DNA of 64,000 nucleotides, from positions 1,760,001 to 1,824,000 of the forward strand of contig CP181291.1 in NCBI GenBank assembly GCA_052279835.1. Direction: 5' to 3'. The notes under the pieces are model-generated. The model was not told the DNA's origin and ran no database searches. It saw only the letters and a program-made list of their open reading frames with translations. The position numbers were made by a program, and so were the translations under genes. Position 1 is the first letter of the stretch; every line of letters begins with the position of its first letter. Source of the DNA: Microcoleus sp. (GTDB lineage Bacteria > Cyanobacteriota > Cyanobacteriia > Cyanobacteriales > Microcoleaceae). Positions 1-9,002 of this stretch are shown one piece after another.

Positions 1-1234
1 ATCGCAACTTAATTTCTTGTTCAACTCGATCAATATATTTAGCAACTTCATCATCAGATTGTCCAGGTTTTAAGTATTCTTTCAGTTTAAATAAGTCCAC
101 CGAGTTAGGATAGTTGCTTTGAAGTCTAACCAATTTTTCAAGCGTCTCAGGGTTCATAATTGCCATACCGTGTACTTTTGCTGAATCCTTAACTCCATCA
201 CTTGGAATACCAGGACCAATAATTAGCTTAGTGACTTTTTCGAGTAATTCTTTATCTCTCAGTTTTCGCGTTCCCAAGTTCAGCAATTGAATTGGTGTAT
301 CCTTATGGATTTTTTTACCCGCTTTGCACTCACCAACCAGAGGGTAAGGTTTTGAGCAGAATAAATCTAAGCCACCAGGACCACCTTTGTGAGCATAATC
401 TATTGTAAATCCCAAAAACTCAAGGCTATCGCGCACTACATTTTCAAAGTCGGTTCCTGCTTGATAGTTGCTTTTACCTGTATCTAGTTCTATGCTGCGA
501 TCGCCCAAAGCTGCTATAGTTTTTATCCAAGCTAAATCCGGTTTGATTTGTTTTACAGGCTTGTCGCTACTCCATCCCAAAAATATTTTGATATCATCGT
601 TGAGCTGATTGGCAGCTAAGTTCCTACTACCAATTTGGTCAAGTTGCAACTGCAAAGCTTCTAAATCTTGATAAGGATAGACTTCTCCAGCCACCAATAG
701 AGCTTTACGCTTATAAAAACTAGCTTCAGAAATCACCGGAGTATCACTATCGCTGTTCATTGCCATCACATCCTCGCACTGCGGCCAATAGAAGGCTCCT
801 GACTCTGTTTTCCCAATGACTACGCAAGGATTAGACAGGCGATAAACTCGTAAAATCAATAGCTTGAGAACTTGGTATTGTTCAAAAATATGTTCCAAAG
901 CTTCTAATTTCCAAACCGTTGACTGTGCAATCTTCTCTAGAAGGTGCTTTTGCTGTGAATTAATCCGCCAATGATATTCACAACGTGCCCATACCTTAAG
1001 CTGGATGGGATATGTTTGAAGTTCAGAAAATGCACTTTCAGCCTTCCTTAAATATTGAGGCTGATAGTATTGATCGAGGCTAAGTTTATCAGGAAGATGT
1101 TGACTGGGATAGAGCCAGAGTACCTCACCTTCTCTGATATTTTGCCTGAATGGTACAGCAATTAGCCTACCTAATGTTAGCAGTTCAACATCACAAGCTG
1201 GCAATTGAATACCCTTAATGATTTCAAGATTCAT
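1..1234 (-). CDS. DUF1802-like N-terminal domain fused to a PD-(D/E)xK (Mrr-like) endonuclease domain; runs off the left edge of the window
   Basis: Not in the ORF track; translated manually. The ATG at 1234 overlaps the ATPase stop (ATGA) and gives MNLEIIKGIQLPACDVELL... The C-terminal part reads GTDFENVVRDSLEFLGF..GGLDLFCSKPYPLVGECKAG..IQLL, the E..D..ExK pattern of restriction-type nucleases. Confidence 0.7.
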   Translation of the reverse strand, partial: MNLEIIKGIQLPACDVELLTLGRLIAVPFRQNIREGEVLWLYPSQHLPDKLSLDQYYQPQYLRKAESAFSELQTYPIQLKVWARCEYHWRINSQQKHLLEKIAQSTVWKLEALEHIFEQYQVLKLLILRVYRLSNPCVVIGKTESGAFYWPQCEDVMAMNSDSDTPVISEASFYKRKALLVAGEVYPYQDLEALQLQLDQIGSRNLAANQLNDDIKIFLGWSSDKPVKQIKPDLAWIKTIAALGDRSIELDTGKSNYQAGTDFENVVRDSLEFLGFTIDYAHKGGPGGLDLFCSKPYPLVGECKAGKKIHKDTPIQLLNLGTRKLRDKELLEKVTKLIIGPGIPSDGVKDSAKVHGMAIMNPETLEKLVRLQSNYPNSVDLFKLKEYLKPGQSDDEVAKYIDRVEQEIKLR

Positions 1235-3054
1235 ATTAAAACTGGAGCACTCAAAATTTCACAAATTAGTGGATTGTCAGCAGCCAGGTTTAATTCTTTA
1301 ACAAATTCAATCACCTGCTGCTTAGTAAACCCGTAGTTCTCAGCTTCTTCATGAATTTGATAAAGTGCTGCTAAAGGCTTGATCTCATCCTTCTTTAGAA
1401 CAACAACTTCACCTCCTTGTTCCTGTACAAGTTTTTCTTCAAGCTGTTTGCCTTTCTTCCAACTGAGAGGAACGGGTGTTGAGCGGACTAAACACCCACG
1501 AGTAATGTTATGTTTGGTATATTTCAACAGTCGTTGCATTACTGCATTGAATGTCATGCCAGTCAAAGTTTCTGAAACTCTGACTCCAATTCTTACTGTT
1601 TTTTGTTGAAGTGAATCGTAGCCATCAATAATCAAATGTAGATCGTGACCTGCCTGCTTAATATGTGTAACCGAAGTAATTATTACATTTTCCGTTCCAC
1701 CTTTAGGAATCATTGCCATTGTAGAGCCAATAATAGCAGCTAACAGGTCATCGTTTCTATCGGGTACTGAAACTCGACTCAAAAGTTCATTATAAGCATC
1801 CAGAAACTCTTGCCGTTTATTGTCCTTCGGGTCTATCGGAATAACTGGATTTACAATTTCCACTGAATCAAATTTTTCAGCACACCATGTCATCAAGTCT
1901 CGCACACCAGCAGCTTTACTTGCAATACCTCTGATTTTATTAGCATCAAAAGGATATAAATTCGGATAAGCTTCAGGATTTAGATTGTTTTTGCTGTGAA
2001 ACCAAGCTAGCCTCAATTTAACCAGCTCTAGCATCTGATCAGCAGTAGGTGGGTTTGTAGCTACAGACCATTGTCCTACACGATCGGGTATGCCACTTCC
2101 CATGTCTTTAATTTCCTTCCATGTGTCGCTAATAACGCAACATAGGAGAAGTACATTGCTACATTGAAAGTAAATTTTATTTATGCAGGTAGCTACTATT
2201 TGAGCTGCGCTATCTCCGCAGTCATTACCGACTCTAACTTGGTCGAGTTGATCGAAACAAATCAATACTGGTCCTGAGGAAACTCCAGCAAGCTTACATA
2301 TTTGCTCTATGAACCAAATAGACTTTTCATCTTGTTGTTGCTGCGAAAACTCTGGTAAACCCCTGTCCCTGGTTTCAGGATGATCTATACCTTGAATCCA
2401 AGCCATACCAATTTGAGCAATTGGATCAGATTTAAATAGGAGAAATAAAACTGCTCTCAAAAAATTAAAGTCAAGGTCGTGTTGAGATTCTAAGATTGCT
2501 TCGACTACCTCATCAATAAATTGAAAGCGTTGAGCTTTGCTGAGATTTTTGATGAGGTATTTCCTTAATTCTTCAGGATGATTGCATTTTTCAATATAGA
2601 TCTGGTATTTTTCTTCAAATTCTGTTCCCTTAAGAGTCGCAATCATAGACGCAGCAAGTTGTTGCCATTGCGTTACTCCTCTGACATCTTGGTGCTTAAA
2701 GCTGAGTGAAAGATAGAAGCGCACATGGGAATCAATTCGACTAGCGTCAGTAAATGGAGGAATGTAGGCAAATACAGCTCCACCCTCACGCTCAATAGTT
2801 TTCCAGATCCGGTGGATCGTATGACTTTTGCCTGTGCCTCTATCACCTCTGACTGCAATCCCGATTTTATCAGAATCCTTTTTGCGGACTTCAGAAATTG
2901 CTTTATAGATTGTCTTGTCAACCTGCTGGTTGAGATCGGGGAGATTAGTCATAACTTCACCCCAAACCTCATTCGCAGTTACGATGGGTTTCGATTTGAA
3001 AGGATTGGGCTGTTCCTTGCGTGCTTCTTCAAACAGTGTATATGGATCTGTCAT
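1231..3054 (-). CDS. P-loop (AAA+-like) ATPase
   Basis: Walker A GDRGTGKS and Walker B LICFDQLD. Likely ATG start at 3054 (MTDPY); the track extends the ORF to TTG 3075. Confidence 0.8.
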   Translation of the reverse strand: MTDPYTLFEEARKEQPNPFKSKPIVTANEVWGEVMTNLPDLNQQVDKTIYKAISEVRKKDSDKIGIAVRGDRGTGKSHTIHRIWKTIEREGGAVFAYIPPFTDASRIDSHVRFYLSLSFKHQDVRGVTQWQQLAASMIATLKGTEFEEKYQIYIEKCNHPEELRKYLIKNLSKAQRFQFIDEVVEAILESQHDLDFNFLRAVLFLLFKSDPIAQIGMAWIQGIDHPETRDRGLPEFSQQQQDEKSIWFIEQICKLAGVSSGPVLICFDQLDQVRVGNDCGDSAAQIVATCINKIYFQCSNVLLLCCVISDTWKEIKDMGSGIPDRVGQWSVATNPPTADQMLELVKLRLAWFHSKNNLNPEAYPNLYPFDANKIRGIASKAAGVRDLMTWCAEKFDSVEIVNPVIPIDPKDNKRQEFLDAYNELLSRVSVPDRNDDLLAAIIGSTMAMIPKGGTENVIITSVTHIKQAGHDLHLIIDGYDSLQQKTVRIGVRVSETLTGMTFNAVMQRLLKYTKHNITRGCLVRSTPVPLSWKKGKQLEEKLVQEQGGEVVVLKKDEIKPLAALYQIHEEAENYGFTKQQVIEFVKELNLAADNPLICEILSAPVLI

Positions 3055-3071
3055 TGTTTTCTGCCTCAATC

Positions 3072-3785
3072 TCAAGATGGTTTGCTAACGAAAAACAAAA
3101 GACCTCTTACCTCGTCGCTGATCGAGTCTCGTTTTTGTTCATCAGTTGCTCCACGAGCTTCTCCACTTTGGAGATAAAATAAACGATCCGCCTGCATCTG
3201 CATAATCAAGTCTTTGAAATCTTCCCGCTTAACCCGTTCCCCTAGCTCACGGCGCAGATGCCAGATGGGGACAATTCCCATGTAGTTGTAGCCTTTGTCC
3301 AATTTCTCAAATAGCGCAAGGGCCACAGACATAAAATCCTCATAGGAGGCGATCGCCCCTACATCCCCTTTCCCCGTCTCAACACCAACACCCAGTGCAC
3401 CATCCTCATGCCGCATCCATTTCAACAAAGCATTTCCCAGCCGCGCACCCATTTGAGAACCATCAAACTCAAACAAAGAATCCTGACTTTTCAAACCAGC
3501 CGCTAAAACCTCTTTCCCCTTCGCCGTCAATTCCACCTGCGATCGTCCCTTTTCCCGCAAATAGGCGATCGCTCCCGATTCCTCTAATTCCTTCAAAATC
3601 GGCTCATAAGTCTTTTTAGTCTCATTAGTTCTCGCAATCAGCTTAGTCAACTTCCCTTGATTAACCTTATTTTTCCCTTCCCCCTCATCCCACAAATTCA
3701 ACAGCACCCGAACTTTTGCCTTCGCATTCCACAGCAATTGCTCTGCGGCCGTCAACGCAATTTCAGCTTTTTTAGACATATTCAT
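3072..3785 (-). CDS. Hypothetical protein with probable winged-helix domain(s)
   Basis: 237-aa ORF. LKELEESGAIAY...VELTAKGKEVL resembles a wHTH recognition helix and wing. First gene of the ATPase/nuclease operon. Confidence 0.6.
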   Translation of the reverse strand: MNMSKKAEIALTAAEQLLWNAKAKVRVLLNLWDEGEGKNKVNQGKLTKLIARTNETKKTYEPILKELEESGAIAYLREKGRSQVELTAKGKEVLAAGLKSQDSLFEFDGSQMGARLGNALLKWMRHEDGALGVGVETGKGDVGAIASYEDFMSVALALFEKLDKGYNYMGIVPIWHLRRELGERVKREDFKDLIMQMQADRLFYLQSGEARGATDEQKRDSISDEVRGLLFFVSKPS

Positions 3786-3957
3786 ACCTTCAAATACCAG
3801 ATATCATCATCGAATTTTATCAGAAATCCTGCTAAAAAACATCTCAATTGTCTGGCAAATTTCTCCAGATGCTGCCAATAATTTATGCAGATTTGCTGCT
3901 GCAATAATTTTATTACTCATCCGTATTCTTAAAGTTGATTATTTAAAAAAATAGGGG

Positions 3958-3986
3958 TTGACTAAAAAACTGTTATTTGATATAAT
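3958..3986 (+). promoter_or_regulatory. Sigma70-type promoter
   Basis: TTGACT (3958-3963), 17-bp spacer, TATAAT (3981-3986). Confidence 0.5.
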
Positions 3987-4314
3987 CTGCGGTCTTACCA
4001 AAAGCAATTGATTCCTAAATCCCCCCATTCAATCCTTCGCAGAATCAGGATGAATATCAAAAACTGGGTAAGTTATTCAACATGAATTATTCAAGCCGAT
4101 GAGAGTCTACAGCGGCTTTAGTATTACAAAACAATCGCCAGTATCAACTTCCCTGAGCAACCTCAACAAATTATAGCGATCGCAACTTTAAGCAACAACC
4201 ACCACGCCAGCTTAAGTGCGACTTTAGTTGAATACCCTATTCATCCTTTAGAAAGACGTATTCAACCAAAACATTTCGTTACATTACCAACAAAGTAATG
4301 AGTTGCAGATTCCT

Positions 4315-4794
4315 ATGAAAACCATTCCCGACCAAATTTCCGACATCAAAGAAAAACTGCCAGACCTTACTCCCACACCTCCTGGCCTAAAAGCCCAAGC
4401 ATCCACCCACGACCTCAAAGACCGTTTAGATTGGGGAGAACCTGGATTAACAATCATCGATGTGCGCGATCGTGAAAGCTTCGACAAAAGCCACATTACC
4501 GGGGCATTACCAATGCCCATCGACGAATTAGTAGAACTAGCAAAATCCAGCCTCGAAACCGTGCGCGACATCTACATCTACGGCGAAAACGACGCACAAA
4601 CAGCCGAAGCAGCAGGTATTCTGCGCCAAGCAGGTTTCCTAAAAGTAGCCGAACTCCTAGGCGGAATTCCGGCATGGAAAGCCATAGACGGCCCCATCGA
4701 TGGTGCTATGGAACACGAAAATCCCGGCCCCGATGCCTACAACGTTTTCTCTCGCCTACAACAGCACGCCAAAGCACAGAAAACTAACAAATAA
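4315..4794 (+). CDS. Rhodanese-like domain protein
   Basis: TIIDVRDRESFDKSHITGA and ELLGGIPAWK rhodanese motifs. ATG at 4315. Confidence 0.85.
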   Translation: MKTIPDQISDIKEKLPDLTPTPPGLKAQASTHDLKDRLDWGEPGLTIIDVRDRESFDKSHITGALPMPIDELVELAKSSLETVRDIYIYGENDAQTAEAAGILRQAGFLKVAELLGGIPAWKAIDGPIDGAMEHENPGPDAYNVFSRLQQHAKAQKTNK

Positions 4795-4808
4795 TCTCCG
4801 ATCCCATG

Positions 4809-4843
4809 CCGAAACCCGACTTATTAAATAAGTCGGGTTTCGG
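4809..4843. terminator. Inverted repeat, probable bidirectional terminator
   Basis: CCGAAACCCGACTTATT-A-AATAAGTCGGGTTTCGG between convergent genes. A related palindrome lies at ~12355-12384. Confidence 0.6.
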
Positions 4844-4894
4844 AGTCACCTGGGGTCGATTTGTTCAATCTCAAATCTCCAATTTTAAATAGAT

Positions 4895-5362
4895 TTAATT
4901 TTCCTTACTCCCGTCTAAATATGCTTTAACTTCCCTCAAAATTTGTCGATTTCCATCAAAAGTAATCAAATTAATAGCTTCCTCAAAAGAACTCCAAGCA
5001 GAATTTTGAACTTCTTCTACCTGCAAAACAACATCCATTGAATTGACAAAAGCCACAAAATAAGTCACACTCTTTTCAATTACCTCCCCTTCTTTAGCAA
5101 AGGCATAATGTTTCACAGAAGTGGGAGCAGCTTCCTGAACAAAAGAATAATATTCCACAAAACTAGGCTCCTCCACCACTTCATAATCACGGATGCCAGT
5201 TTCCTCTTCCAATTCCCGTTTCGCCGTTTCCAATGCAGATTCCCCTGGATCGGCGTGACCTTTGGGAAACGCCCAATGTCCGGCTTGATGTTGAATTAAT
5301 AAAAACAAAGTATCAGTTTCATTCACAAAAACTGGCACTATTCCAAAAGCTTCATCTTTCAT
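4895..5362 (-). CDS. NUDIX hydrolase (Ap4A hydrolase-like)
   Basis: Nudix box GHADPGESALETAKRELEEETG preceded by HWAFPKG. Confidence 0.9.
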   Translation of the reverse strand: MKDEAFGIVPVFVNETDTLFLLIQHQAGHWAFPKGHADPGESALETAKRELEEETGIRDYEVVEEPSFVEYYSFVQEAAPTSVKHYAFAKEGEVIEKSVTYFVAFVNSMDVVLQVEEVQNSAWSSFEEAINLITFDGNRQILREVKAYLDGSKEN

Positions 5363-5409
5363 GTTTTTTCTGTTTCCTATTACTAACTAATCCCAATCTT
5401 TTTTTCTTT

Positions 5410-5459
5410 AGTCCGCGCAGGCGGACTTCGTTTGTGTAGAAGCGAATTCTATTCGCCGG
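5410..5459. repeat. Cyanobacterial short palindromic dispersed repeat
   Basis: AGTCCGCGCAGGCGGACT hairpin followed by the GCGAATTCTATTCGC hairpin. Confidence 0.45.
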
Positions 5460-5489
5460 GAATTTGTGTGTAGTTTTAACTTATTTCCA

Positions 5490-6212
5490 CTAAAATTCCC
5501 AACCCAAGCGAGTAGGCTGTTCATAAATTCGTTTCAAAGTATTAATATCCTTGACAGAAATAGGTGGAGGATTCCTCACTTGAGCAAAATAAAGCACATC
5601 AGTTTCCATCAAACTATGACCCCAAATTCCCAAAGCATGACCAAACTCGTGACGGGCCACCGCAGCCATATATTTACCCACCTGATTCGGATTCAGATAA
5701 ACCGAAAACCGATGAGATAACACTGTTTGATCGCCATCATTGCGGGTGTATAATTCATAGACAGATTCTCCCGATCGCGCTTTCTCCCCTTGACGCAAAG
5801 GTGGAGCCTGAATTAAAATTTTAATATCAGCCACCTCGGAACTATCCACCACTACCAAGGGCAAATAAACCCCCCATTCTCGAACAATACCCAACACAGC
5901 CTCAACCCATTCAACAGAGCGATTGGTATTCACCGGAGGTTGCACATAAACCCGAATTGGAAATTTTGACCAAACCAAATGACCGACTTTCGGGGGCTTG
6001 ATGCGATCGAAATAATCGCCACTATCAGTGGAATCTTGCCAATTAGCCAGCGTTGGTGGCAAAGAATGAACCTGGGGAGAGGGCCAACTATCGGGGAGAG
6101 GAGGAACGCTCGCAGCAGGAGCATTAACCTGAGTCAAAATTATCAGGATAAAACAACATAAAGCGACTGAAAACAGTGTCCGCAATCTTCTGGTAACTTT
6201 CCACAACCACAT
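5490..6212 (-). CDS. Secreted zinc metallopeptidase (matrixin/metzincin-like)
   Basis: HEFGHALGIWGHS zinc-binding motif and an N-terminal signal/TM segment. Confidence 0.85.
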   Translation of the reverse strand: MWLWKVTRRLRTLFSVALCCFILIILTQVNAPAASVPPLPDSWPSPQVHSLPPTLANWQDSTDSGDYFDRIKPPKVGHLVWSKFPIRVYVQPPVNTNRSVEWVEAVLGIVREWGVYLPLVVVDSSEVADIKILIQAPPLRQGEKARSGESVYELYTRNDGDQTVLSHRFSVYLNPNQVGKYMAAVARHEFGHALGIWGHSLMETDVLYFAQVRNPPPISVKDINTLKRIYEQPTRLGWEF

Positions 6213-6409
6213 TTTTGCAACCGCAGTTAAACCTCATATGTTGCACCCTTTTCAAGAACAGGCAAAATGCCTGTTCTACAAAGAATCAATGGGTGCATCT
6301 GTGTTTTGCAAATATATTCCTAGGATGCTCTAGCCCTTACAAAACCGGGATGCTCCCGAATCAATTTGATTGTGGCACGTACATCTGGCCCGTGAATTAT
6401 TGCCTAATT

Positions 6410-6649
6410 TTATAACTTAGGAGTCAACCAACCAGCACTCAAAATTACCGTCAAACCTATAAAAACAATAGCCAAACCCCAAGTAATCCGATTCAGAGTA
6501 GTCTCAGCACTCTTGGTACTTGTAAACAATTGAGCTTGTCCTCCAATACCTCCAATGCCATCACCTTTAGGACTGTGCAGCAACACAAAAATCACAAGTC
6601 CAAGAGCAGACAAAGACCAGATAACTTGTAAAACAGAAACAATATTCAT
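6410..6649 (-). CDS. secG: Preprotein translocase subunit SecG
   Basis: VLLHSPKGDGIGGIGG...FTSTKSAETTLNRITW, two TM helices, downstream of gpmI. Confidence 0.95.
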   Translation of the reverse strand: MNIVSVLQVIWSLSALGLVIFVLLHSPKGDGIGGIGGQAQLFTSTKSAETTLNRITWGLAIVFIGLTVILSAGWLTPKL

Positions 6650-6721
6650 AATTGTGGGTAATTGGTAATCGGTAATTGGTGACTTATTATCATATCAAAT
6701 CCGGTGGAGAGTCCGCAATTT

Positions 6722-6955
6722 ATGTAGGGACACGGCAATTTCCATTCGTGTCAACTTAACGTTAAACCCAGTCAGAGACTGTTGTTTGACTATTAAATCT
6801 AGATCCCCCCTAGCCCCCCTTAAGAAGGGGGGAACCGGAAATGGCTCAAAGTCCCCCTTCCCCCCTTGGGGGCAGGGCTGTTTCATTCTCAGATAAATCA
6901 TCGTTTTGTAGGGTAGTGCCACCGTGCCTACCCTCCCCGTCCACTGCGTCCCTAC
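6722..6955. repeat. Cluster of REP/MITE-like palindromic repeats
   Basis: TGTAGGG...CCCTAC ends and a CCCCCCTTAAGAAGGGGGG palindrome. Confidence 0.45.
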
Positions 6956-8556
6956 TACAACCGGACTCGCACCGGAGAGCGATTAGCGCGAACTTCAAAA
7001 TCAGCCGATCGAATCATAGAACGTCCTGTCATCTCAGGAGGCTGAGGCAATCTCAAAAACTCCAAAATCGTCGGTGCAATATCAGCCAAACAGCCATCTT
7101 CCCTCAAAGGAACATCCGTTCCGTGACCAGGAATCTTCAGACCTTCGCCTTCTACCAGAATAAACGGCACCGGATTAGTAGTGTGAGCCGTCCAAGGATT
7201 CCCATCCTCATCAAACATCTGCTCAGCATTACCGTGGTCAGCGATAATAATTGCCGTTCCGCCAGCTTTGGTTACGCCAGTCACCAGCCTCCCCAAACAT
7301 TTGTCCACAGTTTCGATCGCACTTACAGTGGCATCCATCATCCCCGTATGACCCACCATATCTGGGTTAGCGTAGTTAATCGCCACAAACGAATAAATAC
7401 CCTTCTCAATCGCCGCCAGCGCCCCATCCGTCACTAGGGCCGCCGACATTTCTGGTGCCTCATCGTAAGTCGCCACCATCGGACTCTGCACCATTTCCCG
7501 GTCTTCTCCCTCAAAAGGCTCTTCTAGACCTCCATTAAAAAAATAAGTCACATGAGCATACTTTTCAGTTTCCGCCGTCCGCAACTGCCGCAAACCCTGT
7601 TTCGAGATTACCTCACCCAGAATATTGTTCAAATTCTGAGGTTCAAAAGCCACCAAAACTGAAGACAACTTCGGATCGTATTGAGTAAAACTGGCAAAGG
7701 TCAGCGGCTCAATTAACTGCCGTTCAAACCCTTTAAAATTTGGATCGACAAAGGCCTGAGTCAACTCTCTAGCCCTGTCCGGGCGAAAATTAAAGAAAAT
7801 CAGCCCATCGCCGGATGCCACTGCTCCGGGCGCAATGCGGGTCGGGACGGCAAACTCGTCCGTCACTCCTTCACCATAAGATGCCTGCAACACCTCCACA
7901 GCCGATCGACCATCAGGTGCCCCCTCAGTCGTCATCACATCATAGGCACGTTGCACCCGATCCCAGCGCTTGTCACGATCCATCGCATAATAGCGACCGC
8001 TGAGAGTGGCTATTTTGCCAATCCCTACCTCTTGGATATAACCTTCTATTTTGGCGAGAGCTTCCACACCCTCTTTTGGGGTAGTATCGCGGCCGTCGGT
8101 AATGGCGTGAATGCAAACCTCAGAAATGCCCAGGGCTTTTGCCAATTGCAGCAAGCCTACAATATGACTGAGATGGGAATGAACCCCACCTTCGGAACAA
8201 AGACCAGTCAGGTGCAACTTCCCGCCCCTAGCTTGCACTTCCTCGCAAAGCTTAACTAGAGCCGGATTGCTCAGCAAAGAACCATCTTCCACTGCATCAG
8301 AGATCCGCACCAACTCTTGAGGGACTACCCTACCCGCACCCAGATTCAAGTGACCCACTTCGGAGTTGCCCATTTGCCCGTCGGGTAGGCCTACGGCTCT
8401 GCCAGAAGTGCGAATTAGAGTTCTGGGATAAGCGGCCCAGAGACTGTCCATAACTGGTGTTTTTGCAGTGGCGATCGCATTTCCGTCTTTTTCTTCACGA
8501 TAACCCCAGCCGTCTAGAATAATCAGCACTACAGGAGATACGGACGCTTGTGGCAT
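6955..8556 (-). CDS. gpmI: 2,3-bisphosphoglycerate-independent phosphoglycerate mutase
   Basis: ILDGWG, GQMGNSEVGH, RYYAMDRD, NPDMVGHTG and ADHGNAE motifs. Confidence 0.98.
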   Translation of the reverse strand: MPQASVSPVVLIILDGWGYREEKDGNAIATAKTPVMDSLWAAYPRTLIRTSGRAVGLPDGQMGNSEVGHLNLGAGRVVPQELVRISDAVEDGSLLSNPALVKLCEEVQARGGKLHLTGLCSEGGVHSHLSHIVGLLQLAKALGISEVCIHAITDGRDTTPKEGVEALAKIEGYIQEVGIGKIATLSGRYYAMDRDKRWDRVQRAYDVMTTEGAPDGRSAVEVLQASYGEGVTDEFAVPTRIAPGAVASGDGLIFFNFRPDRARELTQAFVDPNFKGFERQLIEPLTFASFTQYDPKLSSVLVAFEPQNLNNILGEVISKQGLRQLRTAETEKYAHVTYFFNGGLEEPFEGEDREMVQSPMVATYDEAPEMSAALVTDGALAAIEKGIYSFVAINYANPDMVGHTGMMDATVSAIETVDKCLGRLVTGVTKAGGTAIIIADHGNAEQMFDEDGNPWTAHTTNPVPFILVEGEGLKIPGHGTDVPLREDGCLADIAPTILEFLRLPQPPEMTGRSMIRSADFEVRANRSPVRVRL

Positions 8557-9002
8557 GACAATACCCTATTTGCAAGTATAATTTCTCAGTTAATCAGTTA
8601 TATACGGTGTGATTGTTCGCCCGAAGCCAAGGGATAATTTTAGGGGCTTTTCTTTTTTACGGAATGAAATTTTCATTCACTATTAAAACGGCAAATTAAC
8701 ATAATTGACCTTTAGATGTCAAGACTATGGACCTTTGCAATAGTTATTGTGGCACAGGTCAAACAGCCTGTTCCAGAGGGGCTTTTCTGGAGAGGTCTGG
8801 GGCTGTGAGGGGAAAAATTGCGGACTCAAGGCGATGGCGATGGTCGGGGTAACGGTGAGAACGGTGGGAATGACACCTGGGGGAACTTGGCAATTGTGAA
8901 GCGATCGCATAACATCGAACACAGATAAACTAAAAGCGATAACAGGCTGTAATTGCAAAGCCTTGTTGGATCTTGAAATCAAGCATTTAGGGGCGATCGG
9001 CA

